Source: a virus
Virus record (IMG/VR): IMGVR_UViG_3300044213_000051
Location: 1-64,000 of that record
Strand: one strand, 5' to 3'
DNA length: 64,000 bases
The position numbers and the translations under genes were made by a program. Under the pieces are notes generated by a model that did not search any database, was not told the origin of the DNA, and worked only from the letters and a program-made list of their open reading frames with translations. This document shows, one piece after another, positions 1 to 9,931 of this stretch; the stretch's first letter is position 1, and every line of letters begins with the position of its first letter.

Positions 1-1318
1 CTTCTGGGTGATACTTCAACAGTTCTTCACGACCAAGTTTCTTTTCGCAGTAATCATACCATTCTTGGCTAGTCCACATACCTTCAGAAACACCATTCCA
101 AAGTTTCTTCCACAATTCGTGTTCTTTATTGTTCTTACGATCTTCAACAAACTGGAATCTGCAGTCTTCATACTCTTTAGATCCAAGTTCAAGCATCTTT
201 TCGCGCAAGTAGCAAACAAGAGAGATACGCTCAGCGTCACCAACACATTCAATCTGTGTATTACCGTGAATAACTTCGTGATTGTTAATCAACAACAAGT
301 CACCTGGACGAACGTTGACAGCAACACGATACTCAGGTGCCACCAAATAGCAACCAGTATAGTTACCATTGTTAGACAATGTTAACAGATTAGACAAACC
401 ATTAGAAAAGTCACCAGCGTCACGGTGGCAAGCTGTACGGAAAGATTTGTTAACAGTAACAGTGGTAAATGGTGTTCCAGGAACAACAAATGCTGGGTCA
501 ATTTTACTTACAGCTTCCATCTGATTGTTATAACGCCAAGGAAGCAATTCCTTAAAACCCTTAGCCAGAGTTTGTAAGAAAGGATATGCCATAGCAAACT
601 TTTCAGGATTCTTGGCAGTAAAAGCAGTTGCTCTACCATAAGGAATGCGAGGGTAACGATCAAACCAACCAGCGATTCCAGAGAATACAGAGTTAGCGTA
701 TGTAGTTGCGCAAACTAAATTGTCATCAACGAACTTACCTGCTTCTTGCTGTTTATCAAGTGGAAGTTTGCGTGTTTCTTCAACCCAAGCATCAAAGTCG
801 AAATCGTTTTCTTTTGTTCTCTCAATAGACCAAACATTGTTACGATTAGAAACAACATCTTTTGCTACAGCATACTTCTTTTTAATTTCTTCAACAGGGT
901 CGTCTGCGATACCAGCCAAACCTGCACGTGGATTCTTGAAGTATTCAATAATCTCAGTTTGATAAGCAGTCACCCATTCACGATTACCCAGCTTTTCAGC
1001 ACGTGGACCAGCTGCAGCTCCACGATTTTGAGTTTCAGTTGCTGCGTCTCGTAAACCAGCATATGCTTGGTCTTGTTGTTCTTTGGTGAAGAAGTTCTTG
1101 CGGAACTTAAACACGATGCGACGTTCATCCATTCCATGAGAACAAGATGAACAATCTTTTGGAACATCACACGCAGCTTGAGTCGCCAGATCGCAATCTG
1201 GTGGCGCATAAACATCATAATCTTCTTCAATAAGCAAGTCATAGTCAGCTTCGGTTGGAAACTGTCCAATCATATGCTCCATATCAAGTTTTCTATCAGC
1301 AACTAAAACCTTTACCAT
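1..1318 (-). CDS. TET/JBP-family 2OG-Fe(II) dioxygenase (5-methylpyrimidine oxygenase-like), 3'-truncated by the window edge
   Basis: Absent from the ORF track; translated manually from ATG 1318 (GGAG RBS upstream) and open to position 1: MVKVLVADRK...GWFDRYPRIPYGRAT...PFTTVTVNKSFRTACHRDAGD...LVAPEYRVAVNVRPGDLLLINNHEVIHGNT...RISLVCYLREKM. HxD...H...RxS signature in TET/JBP context. Confidence 0.85.
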   Translation of the reverse strand, partial: MVKVLVADRKLDMEHMIGQFPTEADYDLLIEEDYDVYAPPDCDLATQAACDVPKDCSSCSHGMDERRIVFKFRKNFFTKEQQDQAYAGLRDAATETQNRGAAAGPRAEKLGNREWVTAYQTEIIEYFKNPRAGLAGIADDPVEEIKKKYAVAKDVVSNRNNVWSIERTKENDFDFDAWVEETRKLPLDKQQEAGKFVDDNLVCATTYANSVFSGIAGWFDRYPRIPYGRATAFTAKNPEKFAMAYPFLQTLAKGFKELLPWRYNNQMEAVSKIDPAFVVPGTPFTTVTVNKSFRTACHRDAGDFSNGLSNLLTLSNNGNYTGCYLVAPEYRVAVNVRPGDLLLINNHEVIHGNTQIECVGDAERISLVCYLREKMLELGSKEYEDCRFQFVEDRKNNKEHELWKKLWNGVSEGMWTSQEWYDYCEKKLGREELLKYHPE

Positions 1319-1327
1319 TTCATTCTC

Positions 1328-2722
1328 CTAAAACTTAAATCCACTAAATTGATCTTCATTATGTATTCGTTTTCCAAAATCACTTTTGTCGAATAGTGGC
1401 TTATCGTCATTCTTACCTGCGTCAGATAAACCTGTTTGAGCAGAAACTTCAACATCATATAGTTTCATCTTAGCTCTATCAATACCAATAACGAATCGTT
1501 TAAAGTAGTTCGGGTCACTATAACGATTCTTCAACTGCTTAACAATAATCTGATTTAACTGCTCTAATTCTTCATTACTAACCAACGCAAACATAAAGTC
1601 GGCTGTTGCTGGAAGACCAAATGACTCAGAAGTATCTTCAAGTCCTGGATCTGAGTTTGTAAAACCAGATCGAGTAGTTTGAGTTGCTGATACAATAGGA
1701 ACATTATACTCAACAGCCAAACCACGTAGTTCTTCAGCGATAGCCTTAATATATGTATAAGAGTTTACAGAAGCTCCCATTTTCATACGTTGACTTGCGC
1801 AAATATTCAGATAATCAATGAAGATAATATCAGGAAGAAATTCACGCTTCATCTTCAACTCTTCAAGCAACGCACGGAAGTGACCCGCATGAGCAGAAGC
1901 AGTTGGATATTCTTTAACGATCAACTTACCTTGCGTTTTCTTTGAGATCTTTTCAAGACGAGAATCAAAAATATCTTTATCAATAACCTTTAACTCGTCC
2001 ATGGTAAGATTTAATAAGTTCGCATCAATACGCTCAGCGATTCTTTCTTCAGCCATTTCCATAGTCACATAGAGAACATTCTTACCCTGCATTAAAGTTG
2101 AAGCTGCCACGTGACACATAAACAAAGACTTACCAACACCAGTACCTGCCAAAGCAATGTTCAAAGTTTTCTTCGAGAGTCCACCTTTGGTAATTTTGTT
2201 GAACATTTCCAAGTCGAAAGCCAGCTTCTCTTCAATCCTGTGATAAAAATCGTAACGAGCATCAGCATCCTGAAGATAGTCATGACCAACGTGATTATCG
2301 AAACAAACGCCAAGTGCTTCAGAGAGAATAGATGGGATAGCATCTTTCTGGTAGTTTTTATCTCGTCCCTCAGCAATTTTAATTGATTTAAGAATCGCAT
2401 TATATACAGCCCTATCTTTACAGAAGTTTTCTGTTTCGCTTAGCAACCATTCTTGATTCTTTTCTGTGTGTGTAAGTTCTTTAACATACTGCTCATATTC
2501 GGGAACTTCTTTATCAGTTAGCCCTGTTAAATTACCAACCTCAATAGATAGAATATCTTGAGAAGCTGGCTTGTTGTATTTTTCAAAGAATCCAAGTAAC
2601 AAGGAAGCAATTGCTGCTTCCTTTCTGTCAGTAAAATATTCAGTCTTTAAATGTGGAACTACCTTACGACAATATTCCTCATTGTGAATCAGGTTCGATA
2701 GGATCGCCTGTTCTATTCTCAT
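1328..2722 (-). CDS. 41: Replicative DnaB-like helicase (T4 gp41)
   Basis: Walker A AGTGVGKS, IFIDYLNI, SATQTTRSG, DTSESFGLPATAD, QLKNRY; likely start MRIEQ. Confidence 0.97.
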   Translation of the reverse strand: MRIEQAILSNLIHNEEYCRKVVPHLKTEYFTDRKEAAIASLLLGFFEKYNKPASQDILSIEVGNLTGLTDKEVPEYEQYVKELTHTEKNQEWLLSETENFCKDRAVYNAILKSIKIAEGRDKNYQKDAIPSILSEALGVCFDNHVGHDYLQDADARYDFYHRIEEKLAFDLEMFNKITKGGLSKKTLNIALAGTGVGKSLFMCHVAASTLMQGKNVLYVTMEMAEERIAERIDANLLNLTMDELKVIDKDIFDSRLEKISKKTQGKLIVKEYPTASAHAGHFRALLEELKMKREFLPDIIFIDYLNICASQRMKMGASVNSYTYIKAIAEELRGLAVEYNVPIVSATQTTRSGFTNSDPGLEDTSESFGLPATADFMFALVSNEELEQLNQIIVKQLKNRYSDPNYFKRFVIGIDRAKMKLYDVEVSAQTGLSDAGKNDDKPLFDKSDFGKRIHNEDQFSGFKF

Positions 2723-3008
2723 CAACACCACCTGTATAAGTTATTTCATTTTTAATCAATCCATAAGTGATAAACTCTACAAGCATATCACCTAGGTATT
2801 GCTCAAGTTCTTCTTTGATGTAGTCCACACCAGCGTCATCAATAATGTCGTATTCGAAGTGCAGTTTGAGACGATCGCCCTGCTCATCAAAATCAACCTT
2901 TCCATAATTAAAAATTATACCTGAATATGGACTTTCTGTCAACTTTATCGCTTGAACACCATTGCGTTTGTTTTCCAAAACTTTGTGGGGTCTTACAATA
3001 TTATTCAT
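2679..3008 (-). CDS. 40: Head vertex assembly chaperone-like protein (T4 gp40)
   Basis: uvsX-40-41 synteny; YSGIIFNYGKVDF...LHFEY...LGDMLVEFI pattern; 109 aa. Confidence 0.6.
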   Translation of the reverse strand: MNNIVRPHKVLENKRNGVQAIKLTESPYSGIIFNYGKVDFDEQGDRLKLHFEYDIIDDAGVDYIKEELEQYLGDMLVEFITYGLIKNEITYTGGVDENRTGDPIEPDSQ

Positions 3009-4071
3009 CTACATCAATCTCTGCAAGTTCAGCATCAATTTCATCATCACTTAGAATAGAATCAGTTCCAACTGAATATTTGTTTTTAACAAAATTAAAG
3101 AAAGATGGTTGTTTAAGAACTGGCAACCAGAAATCTTTTGTATCAGTTTCTTTTAGGCGATACTTCTTCTCATCAATTTCACCTGATTCTTTATCTACCT
3201 TTTGATACCAACCATTGGAAGGTTTGATGACGTGTCCAGATTCGAGTGCGATATCGAGTAAACCAGACCAACGGCTAATACCACCATCAAAAGATACGCT
3301 AACAGGTATCTTAGATTTTTCTTTAACATAACGAGATTTTTCCACATTGATAATAAAGTTATAACCAACAACCTCACTACCCTCTTTTTCTTGTTGTCGT
3401 CCAAGAATGAAGATGTTGTCGGCAGAATAATATGAACCAGTGCCACCACCAACGATGGCTTTAGGGAACATACCAATTTCCATATATGTATGATTCACAA
3501 CAACCATAGGAATATCCTTGATTGTAAGATGTGGAGTTACCATACGGAACAATGACTTCAGCTGTTTAGCACGTGTCATATCAGCAGCAGATTTTTGCTC
3601 TAGAGCATCCTCAACTTCTTTCTTCGAAGCAAGGTTACCAATAGAATCAATGATAATCATAACGTGATCACCACGTTCGATTTGACTAAGTTGATTCATT
3701 GCATCAAACTTCAACTGCTCAACATCGGTAATTGGTGTGTGAATGACACGATCCGATGCGATTCCAAAAGAATCAAAGTAAGATTGTGGTGTACCAAACT
3801 CACTGTCATAGAATAAAATTACACCATCTTCATACTTGTCAAGATATGCCTTAGCCATAAGCAAACTGAAGGCAGTCTTAAAGTGTTTTGATGGACCAGC
3901 CCACATAGTCAGACCTGGAGTTAGACCGCCATCTAGGCGACCAGACAGAGCTACGTTAATTACTGGAATAGAGGTGGGGATCATGTCCTTCTTGGTGAAG
4001 AACTTTGATTGAGAAAGAATTGCTGTATCTTTGATAGTGGAATTCTTTTTTAGTTTTTCTAGTACGCTCAT
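3001..4071 (-). CDS. uvsX: RecA-like recombinase UvsX
   Basis: AGPSKHFKT P-loop, FYDSEFG, IDSIGNLASKKE, GGGTG.YYSAD. Confidence 0.97.
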   Translation of the reverse strand: MSVLEKLKKNSTIKDTAILSQSKFFTKKDMIPTSIPVINVALSGRLDGGLTPGLTMWAGPSKHFKTAFSLLMAKAYLDKYEDGVILFYDSEFGTPQSYFDSFGIASDRVIHTPITDVEQLKFDAMNQLSQIERGDHVMIIIDSIGNLASKKEVEDALEQKSAADMTRAKQLKSLFRMVTPHLTIKDIPMVVVNHTYMEIGMFPKAIVGGGTGSYYSADNIFILGRQQEKEGSEVVGYNFIINVEKSRYVKEKSKIPVSVSFDGGISRWSGLLDIALESGHVIKPSNGWYQKVDKESGEIDEKKYRLKETDTKDFWLPVLKQPSFFNFVKNKYSVGTDSILSDDEIDAELAEIDVDE

Positions 4072-4073
4072 AA

Positions 4074-4334
4074 TTATTCACCTTTCACAAAAGAAATAAA
4101 CTCTGCTTCGGACATGTATCCAATTTTTCTTGAGATTTCTTTGTCGTCATCATCAACGATAACCAAAGTTGGAACACCTCGGACGCCCATTTGTTGGGTC
4201 ATGAAAAGGTTTTCATCAATGTTTACATCTTCGACTGGGATATCAATTTTATCTTTCGCATCTTCTACAACACGAGCAAGCATCTTGCAAGGTTGGCACC
4301 AGTCAGCATAAAATTTTAGAACTCGTTTAGCCAT
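4074..4334 (-). CDS. Thioredoxin
   Basis: FYADWCQPCK active site, GVRGVPTL. Confidence 0.92.
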   Translation of the reverse strand: MAKRVLKFYADWCQPCKMLARVVEDAKDKIDIPVEDVNIDENLFMTQQMGVRGVPTLVIVDDDDKEISRKIGYMSEAEFISFVKGE

Positions 4335-4355
4335 TATTATCTCCTATATTGTATT

Positions 4356-4384
4356 AGTTTACTATGTATGTTAATATTTGTCAA
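4356..4384 (-). promoter_or_regulatory. Sigma70-type promoter for the thioredoxin/uvsX/41 unit
   Basis: TTGACA-17 nt-TAAACT on the minus strand. Confidence 0.7.
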
Positions 4385-4390
4385 ATATAT

Positions 4391-4942
4391 TTACGGATTT
4401 TTCTTGTGGTGAGGAACGTCAAATACAAAGGTTATGCGCACGCAGTCGCCAATATTCTCTGTACCATGTGGTAATTTATTGTTGAACCAAAGTAGTGTTC
4501 CTGGCTCCACAATAACAGATTCATCACCTACCGTATACTTATAAGTGCCCTGTATTGACAAATGATAACGATCTTTTGTTTGGTAGTAAGACCCAACGTC
4601 AATGTGAGTTCCAACTTTACCACCTACAGGTAAAGATAAAAATCCACATCGACGGAATGAGTGAAAGTGTCTTGTTAGAAATCCAACAATTTCTGTGTGA
4701 TTGTAAAATGCTTTAGTTGGCATACACAATTCAGTGTCGCCAACATACTCCTCTGGTTTTGTTACGCCACCAATAACTAATTGAAGAACGCCAGCATCGA
4801 TAGAGGGAAACCCATGTTCATCGTGGACATTTTTAATTCCCTCGATGTTCTTTTGAGCACCCCAATCGTCTTTATGTTCTTTCAACTGTTTTAGGTAACG
4901 TGAAACATTGATTCCAGTTTTAATAATTCTAATGTTATCCAA
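4391..4942 (-). CDS. Aspartyl/asparaginyl beta-hydroxylase-like 2OG-Fe(II) oxygenase
   Basis: GTHIDVG (HxD), RYHLSI, WFNNKLPH, RITFVFD; probable TTG start at 4942 with GGAG RBS, overlapping the gp43 stop. Confidence 0.8.
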   Translation of the reverse strand: MDNIRIIKTGINVSRYLKQLKEHKDDWGAQKNIEGIKNVHDEHGFPSIDAGVLQLVIGGVTKPEEYVGDTELCMPTKAFYNHTEIVGFLTRHFHSFRRCGFLSLPVGGKVGTHIDVGSYYQTKDRYHLSIQGTYKYTVGDESVIVEPGTLLWFNNKLPHGTENIGDCVRITFVFDVPHHKKNP

Positions 4943-7424
4943 AGAAATTCTCCAAGGATGATTGTTCTTCTGTCTTCCAACCCAAAGGTTCAATTACAGT
5001 TTGCAGAGCATCAAGGAATGTCTTCTTAAACTGTAAATCATAATCAATAAAGTCGTGTAACCCAAATTCCTTCGGTAACTTTTGAGGAAACGCAACTACG
5101 TCCTCGTTAAATGGATTTGGTTTCTTGACATACACAAACTTAATCTTCTCACCCTCTTTGATAGGTTGGTATCGTTTTTCGAGTCCAAGACGTTTCAAGT
5201 GATGGTTGAATAACAAAGAACCTCGAACGTGAATAGGTGTTCCTTTCGCATAGATCGGAGAACCAGCATAAGTCTTCAGACCATTCACGCCACGTGGGAA
5301 AGCAATATCTTCAACGGACATCTGATTGAATTCTTTTTGAAACTCTAACACATATGTATGCAGAATCTTTTCATCACCTGCCAGAATAACATCCAGAGAA
5401 TCTTTCAACTTATCACGGATAACTGCAGGTGTTGAAGACTTAACCATCTCCAGACCCATCACCTTGAGTTTTGGTTTGGCATATTGAACACCCTCAGAGT
5501 TGTGTACGTTCAGAACATAACGCTTCTTCGCAGTCCAGATACCCTTGTCGGCAAGAACCTCACGCTTCATAATCATCTTCTGACTATAAGCATTCATATA
5601 TTCGGCAAGTTCTTGATAACCTTTATCAATGAATGGTTGGAATACATCCTCGCAAATCTTGTCCATAAATTTGATCTTCTGTTCGTCAGTCTTACCTGCG
5701 CAAACAGATTCAACTAACTTCTCGAGAGTCAAATAAATTGAGTCGGTGTCAATCGCGATAACAAAGTCAAGACCTTCTGTCTTCAGAGTTTTGTTTAGGA
5801 ATGCGTTTAGTTTATTCGCCATCCAACGAATCGACAACTGACCAGAAGTAGTAATTCCCTCAGCCATACGAATATCAAAGTAACGGAAATATTGGTTACC
5901 CATCGCACCATAAGCAGAGTTCAACGCAATCTTCATTGCCATCTGAAGGTTATTCAGACGAGAGATCTCTTTCAACAGATGCTTTTGCGACTTGTCGTTC
6001 TGATATTCCTGCTCAACTTTCAACATCTGCTTCTTAAACTTGCTTCGGTTGGCGTACATCTGTTCCATCAACTCAGGCATAAAACCTTTGACGTCTTTGC
6101 GATAACACCATCCATTGGCAGTAAGAGACAGATCCCTACGTTTACAATATGAAGTATCTACTTCTTGGTTGAGTAACTTGTCAACAGAAACAGACAACTT
6201 CTCACTGGTCAAAGTTTCAGGACTGATGTTATATTGCATAATCAAGTGCGGATATAGACTGTTCAAGTCGAAAGAAGCAACCCACTTATGCAATCCAATC
6301 AATGGATCTTTAACGAACGCACCTTCAAATGCCTCAGATTTAGATGAACCTTTGGTTGAAGGAATTGCGATCTTCTTTTTACGCAAATGATTATAGATGA
6401 TAGCATCCCACATACGAACTTGTGAGAACACATCCTCATAATTAATCTTTGCGTTATACGCCATCGTCAAACACAACTCAATCAAACGCATCTTGTCTTC
6501 GAGACGATCAACAAGTTCAGTATCTTGAATGTTATAGTCAACGAAATCTTGCCAATAGTTGGTATAGAATTCCTTGAAGGTATCTCCAGGGTTTTCTTTC
6601 TTCTTGTCACCAAGTTCTTGCTCGGCGATATAATCGAGACGATATGATTCCTGCTTCTGATAAGTAAACTTCTTATATAAGTCAAGGTAATCTAGCTGTG
6701 CGATACCACCAATATCGTATGTTATTTCTTCGTTACCCATGATGAAGATCTTACGTTCATTGGTAAATCCCCATGGTGAAATTTTAGAAGCCAGTGTTTC
6801 ACCAACCTCACGTTCAAGTCGTTTAATCAAATATGGAATGTCGAACAATCCAGTATTCCAACCTGTGATAACATCAGGATAGTTCTGTTGCCAGAATATC
6901 ATAAACTCTTTTAACAGATGCTGCTCGTCTCGACACAAAACATAGCGAACGTCCTTACGCTTATTCTCATATTCACGTGAACCGAACGTAATAATTTGTT
7001 TTGTTTGGGAATCTTTAATTGTGATAAGAAGAACTTCTTCGTTGGCAGTTTTCAAATCTGGGAAACCAGATTCAACTGCCGTCTCAATATCAAGTGAGAA
7101 TACACGGATCTTTTCCATATCGAAACGAATATCGCTTTCGAATGTGTCCGAGATATATTGAGAAACGTAATTAGTATTACCATACACGCTGAATCCCTGA
7201 ACGTCTTTATATCGTTCAACAAAGTCACGTGTTTCTTTTATACTTCCTGGCTTCACCTCGTCAACAACAGAACCATCAAGTGTGCGCCACTCGCTTTCTT
7301 CTTTGTTAGAAGTTACGTATAGAGTTGGAAAGAATTCTATTTTGCGTTGATAAGGTTTACCATTTTCAATTCCCCTAACAAGCATACGATTACCGTAGGG
7401 AAATACATTGGTGTAAAAATTCAT
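4935..7424 (-). CDS. 43: Family B DNA polymerase (T4 gp43)
   Basis: Exonuclease DIET, SFDLNSLYP, KIALNSAYG, DTDS, KKRYVLNV. Confidence 0.98.
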   Translation of the reverse strand: MNFYTNVFPYGNRMLVRGIENGKPYQRKIEFFPTLYVTSNKEESEWRTLDGSVVDEVKPGSIKETRDFVERYKDVQGFSVYGNTNYVSQYISDTFESDIRFDMEKIRVFSLDIETAVESGFPDLKTANEEVLLITIKDSQTKQIITFGSREYENKRKDVRYVLCRDEQHLLKEFMIFWQQNYPDVITGWNTGLFDIPYLIKRLEREVGETLASKISPWGFTNERKIFIMGNEEITYDIGGIAQLDYLDLYKKFTYQKQESYRLDYIAEQELGDKKKENPGDTFKEFYTNYWQDFVDYNIQDTELVDRLEDKMRLIELCLTMAYNAKINYEDVFSQVRMWDAIIYNHLRKKKIAIPSTKGSSKSEAFEGAFVKDPLIGLHKWVASFDLNSLYPHLIMQYNISPETLTSEKLSVSVDKLLNQEVDTSYCKRRDLSLTANGWCYRKDVKGFMPELMEQMYANRSKFKKQMLKVEQEYQNDKSQKHLLKEISRLNNLQMAMKIALNSAYGAMGNQYFRYFDIRMAEGITTSGQLSIRWMANKLNAFLNKTLKTEGLDFVIAIDTDSIYLTLEKLVESVCAGKTDEQKIKFMDKICEDVFQPFIDKGYQELAEYMNAYSQKMIMKREVLADKGIWTAKKRYVLNVHNSEGVQYAKPKLKVMGLEMVKSSTPAVIRDKLKDSLDVILAGDEKILHTYVLEFQKEFNQMSVEDIAFPRGVNGLKTYAGSPIYAKGTPIHVRGSLLFNHHLKRLGLEKRYQPIKEGEKIKFVYVKKPNPFNEDVVAFPQKLPKEFGLHDFIDYDLQFKKTFLDALQTVIEPLGWKTEEQSSLENFFG

Positions 7425-7427
7425 TAA

Positions 7428-7994
7428 TTATTTTCCATACATTAGCATCATTGCGTCAAGTGCGCAATCGTGAACAGGATGATGTTTAATTACAGCAGCA
7501 CGTTCAAATCCAGGATAATCAACATCGCAGTAACCATTCTTCGAACCAGTGAAACAATCGACAGCTGTTCTCACATCACGATATACATTATACCCTGTTA
7601 GGAGTTGCATGTCAACTTTTTTACACAGAGAATCTATTGCCATCTGATCAAGAGAGCCACGTGTCCACATCGTAAGGTTTCTTGCGTTTGGAATTCTGTT
7701 CATATAATCATGCAACATTTTGATTCCATCTTCTGCCAGAACATCACTGGTGCTCGGCTCAAGAGAAACACTCTTAACATATGGATGTTGATTCTGCCAC
7801 CACTCTAATGTACTAAGATCAAGAGTTCGCCCCAATCGTTTAGCTTGGTCTTTGGCGTCAAACTTAACGAACAATGCACCATCCAACAAATCTTGATAGG
7901 ATGGGTTCTTTTCTGGATCGAAATATACAAGTGCTGCTGATAGAATCACAGTAGTAGATTCTACCCCAAGAGTTTCAACGTCAAATACAAACAT
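7428..7994 (-). CDS. dexA: DEDDh 3'-5' exonuclease (DexA-like)
   Basis: FVFDVETLG, TLEWWQNQ, WTRGSLD, RDVRT, HHPVHDCALD. Confidence 0.8.
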   Translation of the reverse strand: MFVFDVETLGVESTTVILSAALVYFDPEKNPSYQDLLDGALFVKFDAKDQAKRLGRTLDLSTLEWWQNQHPYVKSVSLEPSTSDVLAEDGIKMLHDYMNRIPNARNLTMWTRGSLDQMAIDSLCKKVDMQLLTGYNVYRDVRTAVDCFTGSKNGYCDVDYPGFERAAVIKHHPVHDCALDAMMLMYGK

Positions 7995-8003
7995 AATAAT
8001 TCC

Positions 8004-8555
8004 TTATTCAGTGTGGCTGAACCAGCCAGTAACTACATACTTCTCTTTTGTTTGAGAAACTTGACCACGATGAGTAAACGTCCAGTCTGTTGGCCAGATT
8101 AAGGTCAACCCCTTTTTAGCTGGACAAATCCAATTCTGATGTTTGAATTCAGTACCACCATCATCAACATCGTTTAGATAAGTCATAAAGACTAAGTGCC
8201 TTGCTCCAACTCTACCATAACCAGAATGTCGTTCTGTGTGCCAAACTTTAAATCCGCCACCAACAGGATACCATTGAATGCCGATTGATTCAGTTATAGC
8301 CCATCTAGAATTTCCACCTGCTTCTGGATATTCTTCTAGATATTTTTTAACAACACCCATTAATTGAGAATAATAGTCAACCATGAGAGGAACACCCCTC
8401 TCAAGTGGAACATCAATCGATTCTTTTATTTTAGGATCGAATAATGACTTAACATTATCTTTACGTTCTGAATGATATTGAATTATCCTATCACAGATAT
8501 TAATATCGTTCAGAAAATAAGCACCAGCAAATTGTGGTGTTTGAATGTCACCCAT
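8004..8555 (-). CDS. 2OG-Fe(II) oxygenase (prolyl-4-hydroxylase-like)
   Basis: WHTE, MTYLNDVDDGGTEF, WPTDWTFTHRG, KYVVTGW; likely start MGDIQ at 8555. Confidence 0.85.
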   Translation of the reverse strand: MGDIQTPQFAGAYFLNDINICDRIIQYHSERKDNVKSLFDPKIKESIDVPLERGVPLMVDYYSQLMGVVKKYLEEYPEAGGNSRWAITESIGIQWYPVGGGFKVWHTERHSGYGRVGARHLVFMTYLNDVDDGGTEFKHQNWICPAKKGLTLIWPTDWTFTHRGQVSQTKEKYVVTGWFSHTE

Positions 8556-8838
8556 TAGGTTGTTGCTCTTTCCAAGTTGTGAAAAATACTTCTTTCTTTT
8601 TATCAGAAGTCCAAGAAGAACAATAATCGTTGTCCTCATCACAAATCGCCAACGCTTCTTCTTCAGAAACGGCACGACGACTTACGATTGTCTCACCCAA
8701 ATGTTCTTGAGAGAATTCTTTGGCTTCGTTCATCGTTACAGTGTCCATCGCCCAATCGATATGTTCCTCAGGAACTTCAACCATGTAACGCATACGAAAC
8801 ATTGAGACACACTCAACCATTACCCACTTATTCGTCAT
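8548..8838 (-). CDS. Hypothetical phage protein
   Basis: 96-aa ORF overlapping its neighbours in an operon-like arrangement. Confidence 0.7.
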   Translation of the reverse strand: MTNKWVMVECVSMFRMRYMVEVPEEHIDWAMDTVTMNEAKEFSQEHLGETIVSRRAVSEEEALAICDEDNDYCSSWTSDKKKEVFFTTWKEQQPNG

Positions 8839-9172
8839 AATCTAACTCCATCCAATTTGTATCTTCAGGCATAACTTCAATAGTAACACCATTTTCTGCT
8901 GATCGCTCAATCAAACCTTCTAGAACAGTATGACCATAGAAATTAGTTCCATATAAATCTTTGTGGCAGTCATATGCAGAACCAGAGTAACCATCAAAAG
9001 AATATACATTTCCCTCAAGAGTTACCTTGGTGATACCACTATTTAATTTCCAAGAATCCCCATTGAGATAACCACCATACCAGCAAGCAAAAACTTTATA
9101 GACAGGTTTCTTTTGATCTGTATAACCAGTGATCTTAACAACTATCCACTTATCAGGAATATAATTAGACAT
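8828..9172 (-). CDS. Conserved hypothetical T4-like phage protein
   Basis: YIPDKWIVVK...WYGGYLNGDSWKLNSGI pattern; coupled to neighbours. Confidence 0.7.
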   Translation of the reverse strand: MSNYIPDKWIVVKITGYTDQKKPVYKVFACWYGGYLNGDSWKLNSGITKVTLEGNVYSFDGYSGSAYDCHKDLYGTNFYGHTVLEGLIERSAENGVTIEVMPEDTNWMELDYDE

Positions 9173-9701
9173 CTACTTCACCCCTTCCTTTGGCGTGTTC
9201 ATCGCACAATGTTTGAATCCAACCACCACCTCTACTTTTACCAACATTACCACAAGTTTCGCAACTACGACCAGCCCAAACTTCAGCCATAGTTACCATA
9301 CCACCGATCGTGTCATCACCACCAGAATAGTAGAATCGAAGTCCACCGAACTTCTCTTTAATCTGTTCAATGCAAATATAATCTACACGTGGTGTAATAT
9401 CTACACCAGCCATAATTTTATCGGCACGTTCTTCTTCCCAAGAGAATGCTGAAGGACGCCCACGAGTAAGTTTAGCCATAACTGCGTCGCGACCCTTACG
9501 AGCCAGACGTTGGTTACGTAGATCTTCGGCACGCATGCGGCGACGCCACTTAGTATATGAATCAATTTGCCCAATCAGAGCTTCTAGGATAGGATACCAT
9601 CCTGGTCCAACTGCAAATCCACCAAAGTGTCTACCCTCACCACAATAGCGAGGATATTTCTCAGCCATGTGTTTACTAAATTGTTCGTAATTATCATCCA
9701 T
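9165..9701 (-). CDS. Hypothetical phage protein (KEKFGGLRFY family, C-terminal CxxC...C Zn motif)
   Basis: QIKEKFGGLRFY, CETCG, TLCDEH. Confidence 0.7.
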   Translation of the reverse strand: MDDNYEQFSKHMAEKYPRYCGEGRHFGGFAVGPGWYPILEALIGQIDSYTKWRRRMRAEDLRNQRLARKGRDAVMAKLTRGRPSAFSWEEERADKIMAGVDITPRVDYICIEQIKEKFGGLRFYYSGGDDTIGGMVTMAEVWAGRSCETCGNVGKSRGGGWIQTLCDEHAKGRGEVDV

Positions 9702-9930
9702 GTTCACCACCAAATGCTTCGATTAAAAGATTACAAGCACGAATGTATTTTTTATTACCAACTACATCATCTGGATGTAGCCAGTACCCATCAGGGTTCA
9801 ATTCGTCTTTCGGATTTGCTTCCCAATGATCTAACTCAGATTGAAGATAATTTCTCCAATCAACTAGGGTTGCCTTTGTGATACCAGAAGCAACATCGTA
9901 AGGAATTTCAAGTTTAGTTTCAGTCGTCAT
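9694..9930 (-). CDS. Hypothetical phage protein
   Basis: 78-aa ORF with GGAG RBS, tightly packed. Confidence 0.65.
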   Translation of the reverse strand: MTTETKLEIPYDVASGITKATLVDWRNYLQSELDHWEANPKDELNPDGYWLHPDDVVGNKKYIRACNLLIEAFGGEHG

Positions 9931-9931
9931 A

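Noticed and set aside
8-1269. Short ORF-track calls at the left edge (8-385, 16-252, 720-962, 746-1054, 970-1269)
   Set aside because: All overlap the long unlisted minus-strand TET/JBP frame (1318 to the edge)
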